From Podarcis filfolensis (taxonomy: Eukaryota), in assembly GCA_964270895.1 (NCBI GenBank), contig OZ185436.1: a stretch of 64,000 bases of DNA. One strand, given 5' to 3'. Shown one piece after another: positions 36,795 through 50,600 of the stretch (position 1 is its first letter; each line of letters opens with the position of its first letter). The notes below the pieces were generated by a model that worked only from the letters and a program-made list of their open reading frames with translations, had not been told where the DNA came from and searched no databases. The position numbers were made by a program, and so were the translations under genes.

Positions 36795-39700
36795 ACTTTG
36801 TGTACAAGCATACATGAGAGCTAACTTAGGCTCTGGTGAGCGATAATGAGTTAAAATTTTCCCCAAGTATCTGACTGCTAGCTAGAGGGTTCCGCTGGCA
36901 CTCACCTAAAGGGTGTTTCTCTGTGTGAGTCAGGATACATCCACATGGAAGTTGTCTCTGCCTACCGCTAAAAGCAGGAAACAGTAAGCTAAGAGGAAAT
37001 CTGATCCTCTTCCTGCTTGTTCCAGTTTCTTTTTAAAAACACTGCAATTGTTAAATCCGGTTTCTGTTCTGTAGTAAAGCTCCTTGATTGGGCTTAACTT
37101 ACACAGAGAAGAAATAATTACAGGAAAGAGAAAAAAAGTGATTATACCCGCAGGGTATCAGACTGGGTGGGTGTGCTCTTCTCAGATTCTCTTAAACGGA
37201 GATGATTGGGATTCAACTCGTGTCACACCACACATGTAAATTAAGTGTTCTGCCACTGAGCCGCAACCCTTCCACCAAGATAGACTTATTTATTTTCCTT
37301 GAATAGGGTAGGCATCCAGTTCTAATCATCACACCGACCGCTTTGGAACTAGTGTTCCGCCAGTGAAAATAATTACAAAAGGCCACTACAATGTTAAGCT
37401 TTTACATAAAGTAAGATTGTGGGAGCAATGTAGACACTGACCATGAAAATTTTTAAAATTTGCCCTAGTTTGGATAAAATACTTGAATGGAGTGAAGGAA
37501 GGAAAAATGACTGAAATCACCAGAATTTTCACTTTTAAATATTTTACATGGAAACGGATGTATTCAGAATCTACCTGTAGACTAACTTAGGTTTCTCTTT
37601 TCATTTTAGGTCAGTGAAGTGTTAAGTCCTGGAAAAAGTCTTAGAAGACAAATTTACATTGAGCACAATGTAAACTTCTTCATCTTACATTGAATTAGAG
37701 TGCCATAGTAATCATGTCTACTGAGAAGTAAGTCCTATTGAATTCAGTGGGGTTTATTCCCAAATTAAGTAGTGTAAACATTGTAGCCTAAGCCTATGGA
37801 ATCTCTGTTACTGTATATTGTTGAGGAAATAAAACGTTATTACAATACTATTCCTTCATCTTTAAAAGTCTGGGGATACCTGTTCATGCATCAGCTCTTT
37901 CAGCTGCGTGATTTTTTCTGCATCTCCTGGGTGAGTAGTAATATAATCTCTATCGAAGAAAGCCTGGGGAAAGAAGACATTTTCCCCCCCACTTAGAAAT
38001 TCAATAAAAAGTTTCTTAATAACCGCAAGAAAGAAGAGAAAAGACCCTAATAGAAACATAGGGTGCTCTACCACCAAGAAACACAGAAACACCATTTACT
38101 TAATCTCCTCTAGTATTCTAGAATATACATGCAGTCACAGCACCATTTTAATGGCCTAGGCAATTCATTTTCAGACTTGAGATTCACTTCTACCTGCAAC
38201 ATGGGACCCATTTAAAATATTTCACCACGTATGGTTGCCTTCCTAGTTTCTCTGTTCTCCCCCCTCCCACTCACCTCCTTCCCTTTTCTACCCTGTTTCA
38301 TACTTTGTCTTCTCTTCTTATATTAGCATAACAGAAAACAAAAAAAGTAGTTGTTATGCTGTTGGTGCAGTCCTCCTTAGGAGCATGGGTTCAGAACTCA
38401 ACAGTGCAGACGAATAGCAAAAACAATCCCTTCTTATACAAAGTAATTGCTGTTGAGTAGTGCTGGGAAGACCTTTCCAGGACCTTAAAATAAAGCTGAC
38501 CTAACATAATCACTGCATCACTCTTAGACCATGTCTTGAATTTTTTATACTTTCTGTTATTTGTTTATCTTCAGCAGCTGTGGGAAATGAGAAACATCGG
38601 AAATTAATAATATAAAAGGTGAAGTGTGTTTCTTGGGTCTGCATGGCTCAGATGACCCAGAAATGTAGGTCAACATATTTTATAAATGTACTTTTAGCAA
38701 CATACATTTTTAACTAGTATCTGCCAACCAAACTGTAGACCAGAAGTCCCTTTAAGCCTATGCTTTTGCTGAAATTTAGTGAAGACAAGGATAATTCTTA
38801 CATATATATATATTTGGAATAAATGTTCAGCATTAATAAGGGAATGAATTTCAGGGCTTTCTAAGGTATCACTCACTATATTAGCTTCCTAAAGTTCAGT
38901 ATTTTCAGTATTTTACAATATGACCACTTGCTTATGCAGAATGTTCACACCCCCAACATAAAATGTTTGTGGCTGTCTAGATCAGAATGTAGACCAACAG
39001 TTAGGCACAATTTTAATAAAATTCCATCTTGTAAAGAAAATTGGACACAATTTCTTATGCTCTTTCATATTTTGAAATTCAATGCAACTGAAAAAAGTGG
39101 TACCGCAGAGAGCTGTTAACAACAAAACAAAACAGAGTCAACCTCCATTTACCTCCTGATAGCGTGCTATACCACCATTCACAGCAGCATCAATTACTCC
39201 ATTCAGGCACATACTGAGCAGGTTGATATTCCCATGCATCTGTTTGTGTTGGTACTGGCTTATCAGCGTCCTCAGCTCCTGGTTTTTGTTCTCCACTACT
39301 TGAATGGCATTTTCCAAAGGGCTGACTTCAACCTGCAAGACAGCAGAGTCCACTTCAATACCATCAACATTCCTGTACTGTAACGTTTTGTTAAGAGCCT
39401 GCATGTTTTAGTTTCTCTTTCTCGGTGGAGCCCTGGGCAGGGTCCTTCTCTTGGTACAGGCCTTAGGGCTGAGTGTGCCACACAGCTCTCCAGAAGCTAG
39501 TATCGTCTCATGTATGAGAGCAGTAGAGAGCTACTGTCTCTTGTGCCAAGTCTCTTGTGTGTTGCATGGAGAGCAGAACCAAAGGTGGACTGCAAACTGA
39601 GCAGTTAAGGTCATCCTCCCCTCCCCATATTAACCACTTCAAAGTCCATTACACACCCATCTGACATATGTCACTGATTTGCAGCATGGGTGTTTAAACC

Positions 39701-42668
39701 AGTTGTCCAGCCACTACAATATCTAACATACTGACTGTGAGCAGCTGACAGGCCCTCTTTGAACACTTGGTACTGCTATTCTGATTGTAGCAGTAAGATA
39801 CATAACGCATGTTTAACCATAGAGATGCCAATAGGCAGAAAGTTGCTCATTCTTTTCATTTTAGCTAGTCATTCACTCCTTAAGTATAATACATGTTACC
39901 AGTTCTCTTCTCTCCACTTCAAACCACCGAGAGATGCCAGGTAAACTGTGAGTCAGGGTTAGAGTTGTGCGTTCAATCCATAAACTCTGCAAAGCAAGAA
40001 ACGTAACAATATATAGAAAATGCAAAATCCATTGGCCACATTCAGACAATCATAAACAAACTGGGGTATAAATGAACATTTTGGCTGCCTATGCAACTTT
40101 TTCACTCCACCCTTTCTGCAAGTTGGCAAACAAACCAGGCAGCCTTCCATTAATTATAGTTTCCTGTTTTTCCGGAAACCAGAAAACCATGGTTAATGGT
40201 TTCAGGGTATTAAACTAACTTCATGTTGTGGCTTAATTTTCTAAGATTAATATCAGGTGGTTCAACCAAAATTGGGAAATGATAGTTAGTGGAAGACTTC
40301 CACATTTGTTTGGTCACTCACAAGAAGGGAGGATGAAGGATGAAACAACTGAGAGAAAAAGTGATTCCCAAGCATACAATATTCTTAACATACTGGACTC
40401 GATAAAGTCCATGGTTTAAGCAGTTTAATATACTGGAGGAAAACATCAAAAACCATTTCATTCCAATGCTGCTGCTTCTTTTTTTTTAACAGTATGAAAC
40501 CTTTAGTTTTTTAGCGTTTCAAGCAGCTGCTCCTGGGCCTATTTTTATTAGCCACTTTAAAAGCTCCTATTTAGGTTGCTTCCAAGAAAAGGTAGAATTC
40601 TGTTGTGCAGGGGAGAACAGTACACAGGCTGCAGAACACGACATGGATTATGTTTCTTCTGCAGAACACAGAAGTATACTCATTAATATACTTTAGTACA
40701 TTTAAAGCACAATTTCATGCATGTCTACGCCGTGTAGTTCAACAAGGTTTATTTCCAATAAGTCATGCATAGGATTGAATTATTTGTTTTTATCAGCTTT
40801 CAAAGTTTTCTCTTAATATTCTTTTTGACATACGACTCATTTAGATTTAGCAAGTGCTTCATATAGGGGTCAATGTATCCAGTATAAATACAATGCTGCC
40901 ATATTATGGAGAATTCAACCTTAAATTCATTTTCCTTGTCTTTTGGGCCTTTATGGAAAGGTCTGTCATAGCGGAACTTCCTGATGTTGTTAACTCTATA
41001 AAAGCTCTTTATGCGATCAGGGACACGGTCCATTTGCAGCACATCAATATTATCTGGAATGGGAGTCACTGCATAGATCTGCAAATCTGCAACACAGTCC
41101 AGTCAAAGAAAAAAACGAACAAACACATAGGCACCAAAGAAGAGCATCCAGGTAAGTCTCATTTATGACACTAGCAGCAGATACAAATTACAGATCCTTG
41201 TTGCATATCCTTTAAAATATATTTTAAAGCGATGCTTATAGCTTATGATACAGGGAAGGCCCAATTGCCAGCAACTTTCTATGATGGAAATTCATGCAGC
41301 TGTTGAGTATGTCGAAATTACTGTTTGTTTCTTAGATTTATATTGTGGTCTCCTATGGCTTTAAGGAATAAAGTTTCACTCATTTATCTACCTGTTTGAA
41401 TCACATCATTTTAGCAGTTATGTAAATCTGTAACATGTGACTGCTGTTAATGTAGCATTACCAACTTATCTAGGCCAATATTATATGAAATTTAAGATCC
41501 ATTTTCTTTCCATGCCTTGGTGCTTCAAAGCAGAGGAATTAGTGGCTCCATTAAGGAACATGGGGCTGCAAAAAGCTGGAAAATCAAAATGAGGTATTGT
41601 TTTTTTAAAATTATTTAAAGACATTAACTATCTTGCAATTAAACAATTTCAGGTTGGGTCCCTCATACTATGACACTAATCTGGCAGCCGGTTTCTTAAC
41701 TGGAACTGTGAATTGCTGTTCGTGTTATGCTTTGAACTCCTTACCTCATCTCTAATTTGTTTTTAATATTACAGTAATATTACAGAGCACACATCTACGC
41801 TGTTTTCTAAAACTATTCCTCATCAAGAAGAACTTGTTGTTGCTTTGTGTACCTGAATGAAGATAGGGTAATGCATGTGACAACCTTTTAATTTTTATTT
41901 TTTTTTAAATTTAATCATGAATTAGGGGAAAGTTGACAAAGGTAGCAGTCCAGCTTTATGGGAGTCCCTCATTTCATAGGAATGCTCCTCTGTAATCTAG
42001 CGCTCAACTAACAATTACTATCTTTGATTTTCATTCAGTGATGATGAAAAGAAACACCTCTGTGCTTAATTTTTCTCAATATCTAAAAGGGAAATGGTGA
42101 ACAAGATCAACATTCAGATGTCTATTTGTAGCTGCTTTATTAACATCATAAACTTTGATAAAGGATACACTGGGCATCACATTGCAAGATGCTGTCGTCT
42201 GGGTGGTTTGGATGCTGCATTGCAATGGCTTGTGGGAATTCACTGAGCATTCTTTGTTGGAAGGCCTCCAATCTCTCATAGTCATGGCCTCGGCAAACAT
42301 ACTCTTTGTTCTACAAAGGAAAGAAAGAAGTGTGGAAGCCAATAAATCCCTACTATGCCATCTTACCTTTCTTTTCATTGTAGGTAACAGGAAATTATTT
42401 GAAAATAATACTCTTGTATGACGTTATGGTAAACCAAAGCATTGAGTGATCCAGAAAAAAATGTTTAAATGCTATTGGTTTATTTAAAGGATTTCAAGCC
42501 TGGCCCTAATCATCACTCATCTCAGGTTAAGTTACGTATAATAATGTTAAACAACATAACAGCATCAACAATAAAATCTAATATACAGTTCATGGAGGTC
42601 AACTAAAGACTCATTCAGACTTCCATGTGTGCTGCTTTCTAGGCATAGGTCCACATTAATAATAATGA

Positions 42669-42711
<43 letters not shown>

Positions 42712-44555
42712 TACTGCCCTATACCCGTAGGTCTCAGGGCAGTTCTCAAAATAAAGCTCTGTGTGCAAGTGCTCCCTCTCCCCCAAAACTTTCATTGTGA
42801 AAACCTGTTCTTTACCGCTGCATTGAAGTAAACAGCAATCTGCTTTGATACTAAACTGAACAAAAACCTAGCAGATATTTCCTACTTGTCAACAAATAAA
42901 TAAAAATCAATTGTACACAAAACTCCTTTATTTGTAAATTGCACGTATAATTCATACATTAATGCAAATGTTGAATGGGCTTACCCGAAGGAAGAAGGGA
43001 AATTTCCTTCCATAAAAGCCAACTCTGAAAAATTCAGGCTCCAACCGTTGCTGTTCCATTATATTATCATAATAGGTAGCTTCCATTTTCTGTGAATAGA
43101 AATTTAAAAAACCATACTGGAAGTGCAATTACTGTTACAACAGGAATAACCGTCTGAAAACACTTTGGTATCATTTGGTGCTGTCCATCAAAGATTTTCT
43201 AAACACATTAAGAAGTAAACTATGATCCTGTGAAACACCAAAATTATTAGTCACGTATACTAGGAATATAAATCTATAGAGGACCCTGTTTTTTCATAGG
43301 AAAGATGCTGTGTGCAAGTACTTTTCATTTAAATCACCTGAACATTAGAGTGCAATCTTGCTTACTGTTAAATTATTAAATACAAATCAATATAATTTCC
43401 ACCTACCCGAATCCAGCTGAGGCTTTGATAATCATATAAGCTTTCATATTGAATAGCAAGCTCTCTGCACAATGGGATTCCGAATTCCCAGCTCTGAAAC
43501 AGGAAAGCAAAAAACCCAGGCCAAGTTGGATTTTCAGACAGACAAGATTTACAACTCAAGAGTTGAAAACTTTTAATAGTTTGTGACCCCAAGGATTAAA
43601 TATAGACACACACAAAAGGGGGGGGGGAGTCAGGCATTTTCTATACCATCTACTTCTATCCATACGCCAAAAGTAACAGTGAAGCTACAGAAAAATTGTG
43701 AGTGTCTGGAAGCGGTTGGAGGATGGATGGCGGCTAACAGATTGAGGTTGAATCCTGACAAGACAGAAGTACTGTTTTTGGGGGACAGGAGGCGGGCAGG
43801 TGTGGAGGATTCCCTGGTCCTGAATGGGGTAACTGTGCCCCTGAAGGACCAGGTGCGCAGCCTGGGAGTCATTTTGGACTCACAGCTGTCCATGGAGGCA
43901 CAGGTCAAATCTGTGTCCAGGGCAGCTGTTTACCAGCTCCATCTGGTACGTAGGCTGAGACCCTATCTGCCTGCGGACTGTCTCGCCAGAGTGGTGCATG
44001 CTCTGGTTATCTCCCGCTTGGACTACTGCAATGCACTCTACGTGGGGCTACCTTTGAAGGTGACTCGGAAACTACAACTAATCCAGAATGCGGCAGCTAG
44101 ACTGGTGACTGGGGGCGGCCGCCGAGACCATATAACACCGGTCTTGAAATACCTACATTGGCTCCCAGTACATTTCCGAGCACAATTCAAAGTGTTGGTG
44201 CTGACCTTTAAAGCCCTAAACGGCCTCGGTCCAGTATACCTGAAGGAGCGTCTCCACCCCCATCATTCTGCCCGGATGCTGAGTCCAGCGCCGAGGGCCT
44301 TCTGGCGGTTCCCTCATTGCTAGAAGCAAAGCTACAGGGAACCAGGCAGAGGGCCTTCTCGGTAGTGGCGCCCGCCCTGTGGAACGCCCTTCCAGCAGAT
44401 GTCAAAGCGATAAACAACTACCTGACATTCAGAAGACATCTTAAGGCAGCCCTGTTCAGGGAAGTTTTTAACGTGTGATATTTTACTGTATTTTTGGTTT
44501 CTATGCCCAGAGTGGCTGGGGAGGCCCAGCCAGATGGGCGGGGTATAAATAATAA

Positions 44556-44604
<49 letters not shown>

Positions 44605-47600
44605 GCATTATTATTAGCATTATTTTTTGCATACCTTCCCTTTATTAAAATAGTGGATAATTTTTCGGCAAAGGTTTTCTTTACGCTGCCACTCTGTCTG
44701 AGAAGGGTAGTGCAGGAACTCCCGGAGAGGCCTCTCTTCCCACTGAAGCAGCTCACAGTATAAGAGCAATGTAAAGGCAGCCTCTGTCGAAATAGCAAAG
44801 GAATAAACAGCGAACAAAAATATTCAAATGCATTTCAGTTCAAACACAGTATTATGCACATGATCATGACCACTGCAAGAAAACAAGTTCAGTAAAAAAT
44901 TCTAATCCTCAGCCCATCAGAGAGCTTGACTCTAAGAAATGCAAATCAATGAACTCATTGTCATGAAAGTAATTAACTCCCAAATTAACACGTAAGTCTT
45001 GAACTAATATAAATCACGTCTTGCCTTTTCATTGCTATTGCTTTTTCATATTGTTATCATTTATTTATCTTGATTAAAGTTATGAAATCGTCACCATTCT
45101 CAATCATTTAAGAAACTAAATATAGTATTAAATTAGCAGGATCCGTACAAATGGTGCTCATTGTTGAACATATTGCTTACTTCTGTGCTACATGTTTTTA
45201 TGTAGATACGACGGTGATTTAAATGAATGAAAAGGACAATCAGTTCAAAAGTGCTTACAGAAATTCAGAACTGTGGCATTTTCCAAAGCCATCAAAGCAC
45301 CCTCTGAAAACACGATACACATGCTGTACACTTTTGATTTTAACTCCCGTACTCACTCATACAGGATCTGCTATAGTAAGAAGAGTTAATACTGGTCACT
45401 GTGATGTTGTTCAAGTAACAGTAGCATGTTATTATATGCATATGCCATGTGACCAAGGCTTGATTTAAATATTTGCAATTTAAAATATTACTTAACTTCT
45501 TTTCTAAGTGCAATTAAACCACAAAGGATTTAAAGATGACAATAGAGAATATTTGAAGAAAGCTTCCTTCCATACTTACCTGTGTAGTTTTCAGCCTGCA
45601 AGTGCATATCACACAACTTGTGGATGTAGCGAATATACATTTCTTCCTTATTAATTTCAGATTTATAAAAGTTCTAATGGGAAAAAAAATTCAGAAAACC
45701 ACTTTCATTGTTTAGTATTTCTTTAGAGATCTAAGCAGTTATTACTCTGGCTACATAGTGCTATACCACGTTTTAGCTTGGTGAGCGTTGAGCTTATGTG
45801 CCAGTCCTCCCACCATATAATCTACTTTCATGAATTAGGAGAGAACACCAACACCTTCCCACTTTCAGTTTTGAATAATCCACAGTTAAGTTTGAACTTG
45901 ATACACTGTGATTTATTGTAACTGTACAAAGGATTGGAAGTCAAGGCATGATCCTGGTTTGTTCAAACTAACCACTGCTAAAATTAACCAGTTTACCTAG
46001 TTCAGATGTGATGAAAAACTGCTAATCATTCAAAACTAAAAGTGGATTTTTTCAGTTGTTTTCAGTGTCCTTCTGCTGCACAGGAAGTGTTAGGAATAAA
46101 TTCTTCACGAAACAGATTAATAGTTCCTAGAAACTTTATAAAGCATTCCAGAAGTTTCTTCAATGTGTGGGAGTGGCACTCCAGGCTTAATTGGTGTCAG
46201 CTGGAGATGCAATTAAAAGGAGGAAGTTGAGTTTGCAATTTGAGGCACGAGGAGAGCACACATATGCTGTTAGTTCGCATGCTTATAGTTAGTTTGGATG
46301 TATGGTAAAGTGTGCTGCTGATACTATGGGTTTGCGGTATCAGGACTGTTTATTACTAGACTGAAAGTATACCGTGATGAAGAGAGGAAGGAGGACTGTA
46401 AATAGTTTGTAGATAGTAGTAAAAGAAAATGCTTGTGTAACCAAATGCTTGCATAAAGTAATTCTTGATTGCGCATTCGAGTGTGACTACAGTTCTTGTT
46501 GTCTGCCGCAAGAGAAACTCTGCTAGACACTTTGGGATGTGTTTATGGTTGGTAACCTCTAATAGAAAGAGAGCACGTGCAAGCCCAAGGCCTGCTGTGA
46601 CATGTTCTCATAATGCTAAATCATGGTGTAGTGTTATATCTGAACTGAAGTTTCATTGAAAAAGTACTCTAAGATTTACAATTTTCAGGGGATTAAATGC
46701 TAATCTTAGCTCAGTGTAAAAACTATATTATTCCCATTGCGTTGCTTCTTCTCAAATGTGAAGGCACGATGAAGACTCAGGTTTTTACCATATATTCTAA
46801 GCTAGGGCATTAAGGATGTTACACTGGGACTCATATTGTATACTTGAGCCGGGGAGTGAGTGGGCAAGAGATCTGCAAGGTTCAACAAATTCCTAATAAG
46901 CCAGTAAATGCTATTTTTCTAATTACACTTTTGTTACACTTCCATCAAGGATCATAAGGTATTTTTGTTGCATGCACCTTATATGGGCCTCTAATCTATG
47001 ACTAGCCTGCTCTCTGGCAGCATAGAGGCAGGGTCACAGAAGGAAATCCTAGGCAGATGTAGCCAACATGATGCCCTCCAGATGTTGCAACTCCCATCAT
47101 CCCTCATCATTGGTTACGCTGGCTAGGGATGACGGAAGTTGTAGTCCACCAACATCTGGAGGGTACCACATTGGCAACCCTAGTCCTAGCACATGCGAGT
47201 TACTTTTCGCCTAGGCATTTGATTTGCAGAAACACTAATTCCATGGCTATGAACAAGTGATTCAAGCACATGCCCTGAGAGAGCATGGCAACATTTTCTG
47301 AATGTAAACCAAAACATTCCAGAGAAAATCTGTTTTGTGGTTCGAGATCCAAAAATCTCTAATCACATTTCTCTGGCGGGAATCAAAGAAGCACCAGCAA
47401 TTGATAAGTAAGAAATAATCTTGTGACTACTACTGGCTCAAAATCATTTAAAGTCAAATGTGACATTCACTTTCTCAAGAAGGCATCACATGCAAAGTAC
47501 ATATTGACTAGTCCATGCCAATAGTTTCACACAACCACCTGAACATTACACTGAAGCAATCTTATTTATTTTTTGAAACAAAGGCAGGTAGTTGTTCTTC

Positions 47601-50600
47601 AGTAATTCTCTGCTGGATAATTCAGCAATTTTCTGCATTGCTACTTTAAAACCTGAAAAAAGAATTACGTTAGAATGAACAACAAAAGTAAAATAAAACT
47701 CACCATAAGGTTAACAGTGCAACCAATTTTCTTGTTCTCAGTTTCATCTCCTTTCATACAGTCCCTAAAGAAAGACAACAGTCATATTTCAAAATTTATG
47801 TTTGGGAAAAACGGATAAAGTTTAAGACAAGGGAGAGCTGGGAGATATACAACCTAAAAATAAATTAATTTTATTATTATTAACTTATTACATTCCTATC
47901 CTTCCTTCCTTCCTTCCATGAAAGAACTCAATACAGTCAACACAGGGTTCTCAGGTGATCACCAGTTCAGACACTAACCCTACCCATGCCTTCTAGCTTC
48001 AGAATGATTGGCTCCAAGATAATGCCACGTTCATAAAGTGCTCTGAAATGGCAAGGCATTGCTTCAGGAGAGATGAAAAACTTCATTGTGTTCTCCAGTA
48101 TTTTTTTGTTTTTGTTTAAAAGATTATAACAGTATTCCTTTAATACAATAAAGAACCAGCTATTGTAGAAAATACTAAAAAGTGACAACTTCTTGCCTTG
48201 TTATGGACTGACCTTTTTATGGCATCAATTAGAAATGACAATAGATCAGCAAATAAGCCACAATGAACTGCTGGATGAATGGAGGGGCTGAGAAGGGGGA
48301 CAGAGACCAGATATCTAGGCTTCTTCCCCAGGAGGTAATCAGCTCCTCCACTCAGAATATACAAGTACCCACCCTGCCCACAGCCACCACAACTGAAGAA
48401 GCATTAGCATAGCTCTGGCCATGCTTCAAACCAGGGGTGGTAGGCACTATAGGAACAGGATGATGAATGTGAGAGAGAGAGGGTGATGAGAAAACAGAGT
48501 AGAGGCCAAGTGATGGGAGCAACCCTTCTGCCTCTGGATGCGCCTGACTGCAGTTGAAGCAGGAGTCCCAGAGACTTCCTTTCCACCACCTGTACTGGTG
48601 TTAGGCTGTCAGAGTGTGGAAGCTGCTTTCCGCCTGGGGGGTGGAGGGGACTCCAGGGTGTGGGCTGATGCGACAGAGTGGGAGGAATTAGAGATGGAGG
48701 TGCATCCAGCATTGTCTCCCATGGAAAGAAGCATCCCTCTAGATCAGGCATGGCCAAACTTGGCCCTCCAGATGCTTTTGGCCTATAACTCCCACCATCC
48801 CTAGCTAACAGGACCAGTGGTCAGGGATGACGGGAATTGTAGTCCCAAGACATTTGGAGGGCCAAGTTTGGCCATGCCTGCTCTAGATGTAGCACTTGCC
48901 TTTAGACCAGGAATTGCCACAACAGCAGGTATTCTTGTAAGTAGCTTGGGATCTCCGCCTCTGCTAAAAAGCTTGGTGGATAGCCAGGAAAACTTGTTGG
49001 AACAACTTCACAGCTCACATGCCATCTTGGAATTCTTGTTACTAAACTTGGACTTGTGACCTCTGGTCCTGGGACCCCACCAAACCAATCTCCCTCCCCT
49101 GGGCTCTTTGCCTTGGGTTAGGAGGGCTTCAATTCCAGTTCTTAACTGACATTGGGGTGTCCCCCACCCTATGACTGCCTGAAGGGAACATTGATGTTGG
49201 TGTTACCCCCTTTGAGGATGACCCTGCTGCACATGGTAGAATTTGTTATCAGCAAGGCTAGGCTCTGGCCTATGCCCACATCCCAGAGTCACTTCGCAGC
49301 AATTAAACAGTACCCCAATAGTAAAAAGAAAACTTAACCGCAGGCAAAAATCATGAAAAAACAATCAGGCAGTGAATCGCACAGATGAAGTCAGATAGAC
49401 AAACATAAAACACCCAGGAAAGTTAAATAATCACATTACCTGTAGTCAAGGAGACGTTCCATCAGACGAGTAACTGATGTAACAAAAGAAACACCAGTCT
49501 CTCTCCAAGTCTCTTGCTCAATCTTTTCCAGCAGGCTGCATGGAATGAAAGTGTATAAGATTTCCTTGGGAATATTATAAAGCTTCAACAGCCCCAGGAG
49601 CCATTTTAATATCAAAGTCACTTCCACATCGAACTTGAATAATTATCTTACCTGGGGTAGGGCCCAAAGAGCTGGGTTCTGATCCATGTGGCATGAAGCA
49701 AAGACAAGGAGAGTACTGAATTAAGATGATAAGATATCACTACTTCATACCAAGGAAGTACTATGCCAAGAGTAGTGTCTGCCCCTATTCTGCTGCTAGT
49801 TGCTTAAAAAATGGGCACACTATTTTCAATGTAATCCCAAACATACATATACAAATATTTCCTTTTCTCAAGCAATGTCTTGGTTCTAATCTTGAGTAAA
49901 CCATTTCCATATCTGTTGCATAATTTTCTGCTGATGTAACACACTTGTGGAGGTCCATTTGAGTTTTAGCTCTAAGATGTACAAGAAGACACAAAGAAGG
50001 TTTTCTTCTGCTCGGAATCTTTTCTAAAATTGCAAGATATACTCCTTCTCTCCCCCAAAAGAAACCATATATGGTTTCTTTTCTTGATTTGCAATTCCTC
50101 AATGGCCCAGTTTGCATATAACATTATGCCAAACCATGGCTTAGCATGAATGAGCAAACATGCAAGCAGACATTATGGCCACTCCTTTCCTGTTTCAGCT
50201 GCCACTGTACTACCTATGGCTTAGTGTTACATATTGCTTTGATTTTTCCTGAAATGAAAGGCTCTATGGAAATAATTTTATAAAATAAATGTATCCATCC
50301 AGAATTGTACATGCACTGGTTATCTCCTGCTTGGACTACTGCAATGCGCTCTACATGGGGCTACCTTTGAAGGTAACTCGGAAACTACAACTAATCCAGA
50401 ATGCAGATTGGGAGCAGCTACCAGGACCATATAATACAAGTCTTAAAGGATCTACACTAGCTCCCAGTACATTTCTGAGCACAATTCAAAGTGTTGGTGC
50501 TGACCTTTAAAGCCCTAAGTGGTATTGGCCCTGTATACCTGAAGGAGCGTCTTCACCCCCCATCAATCAGCCTGAGGTCCAGCTCCGAGGGCCTCTGGCA

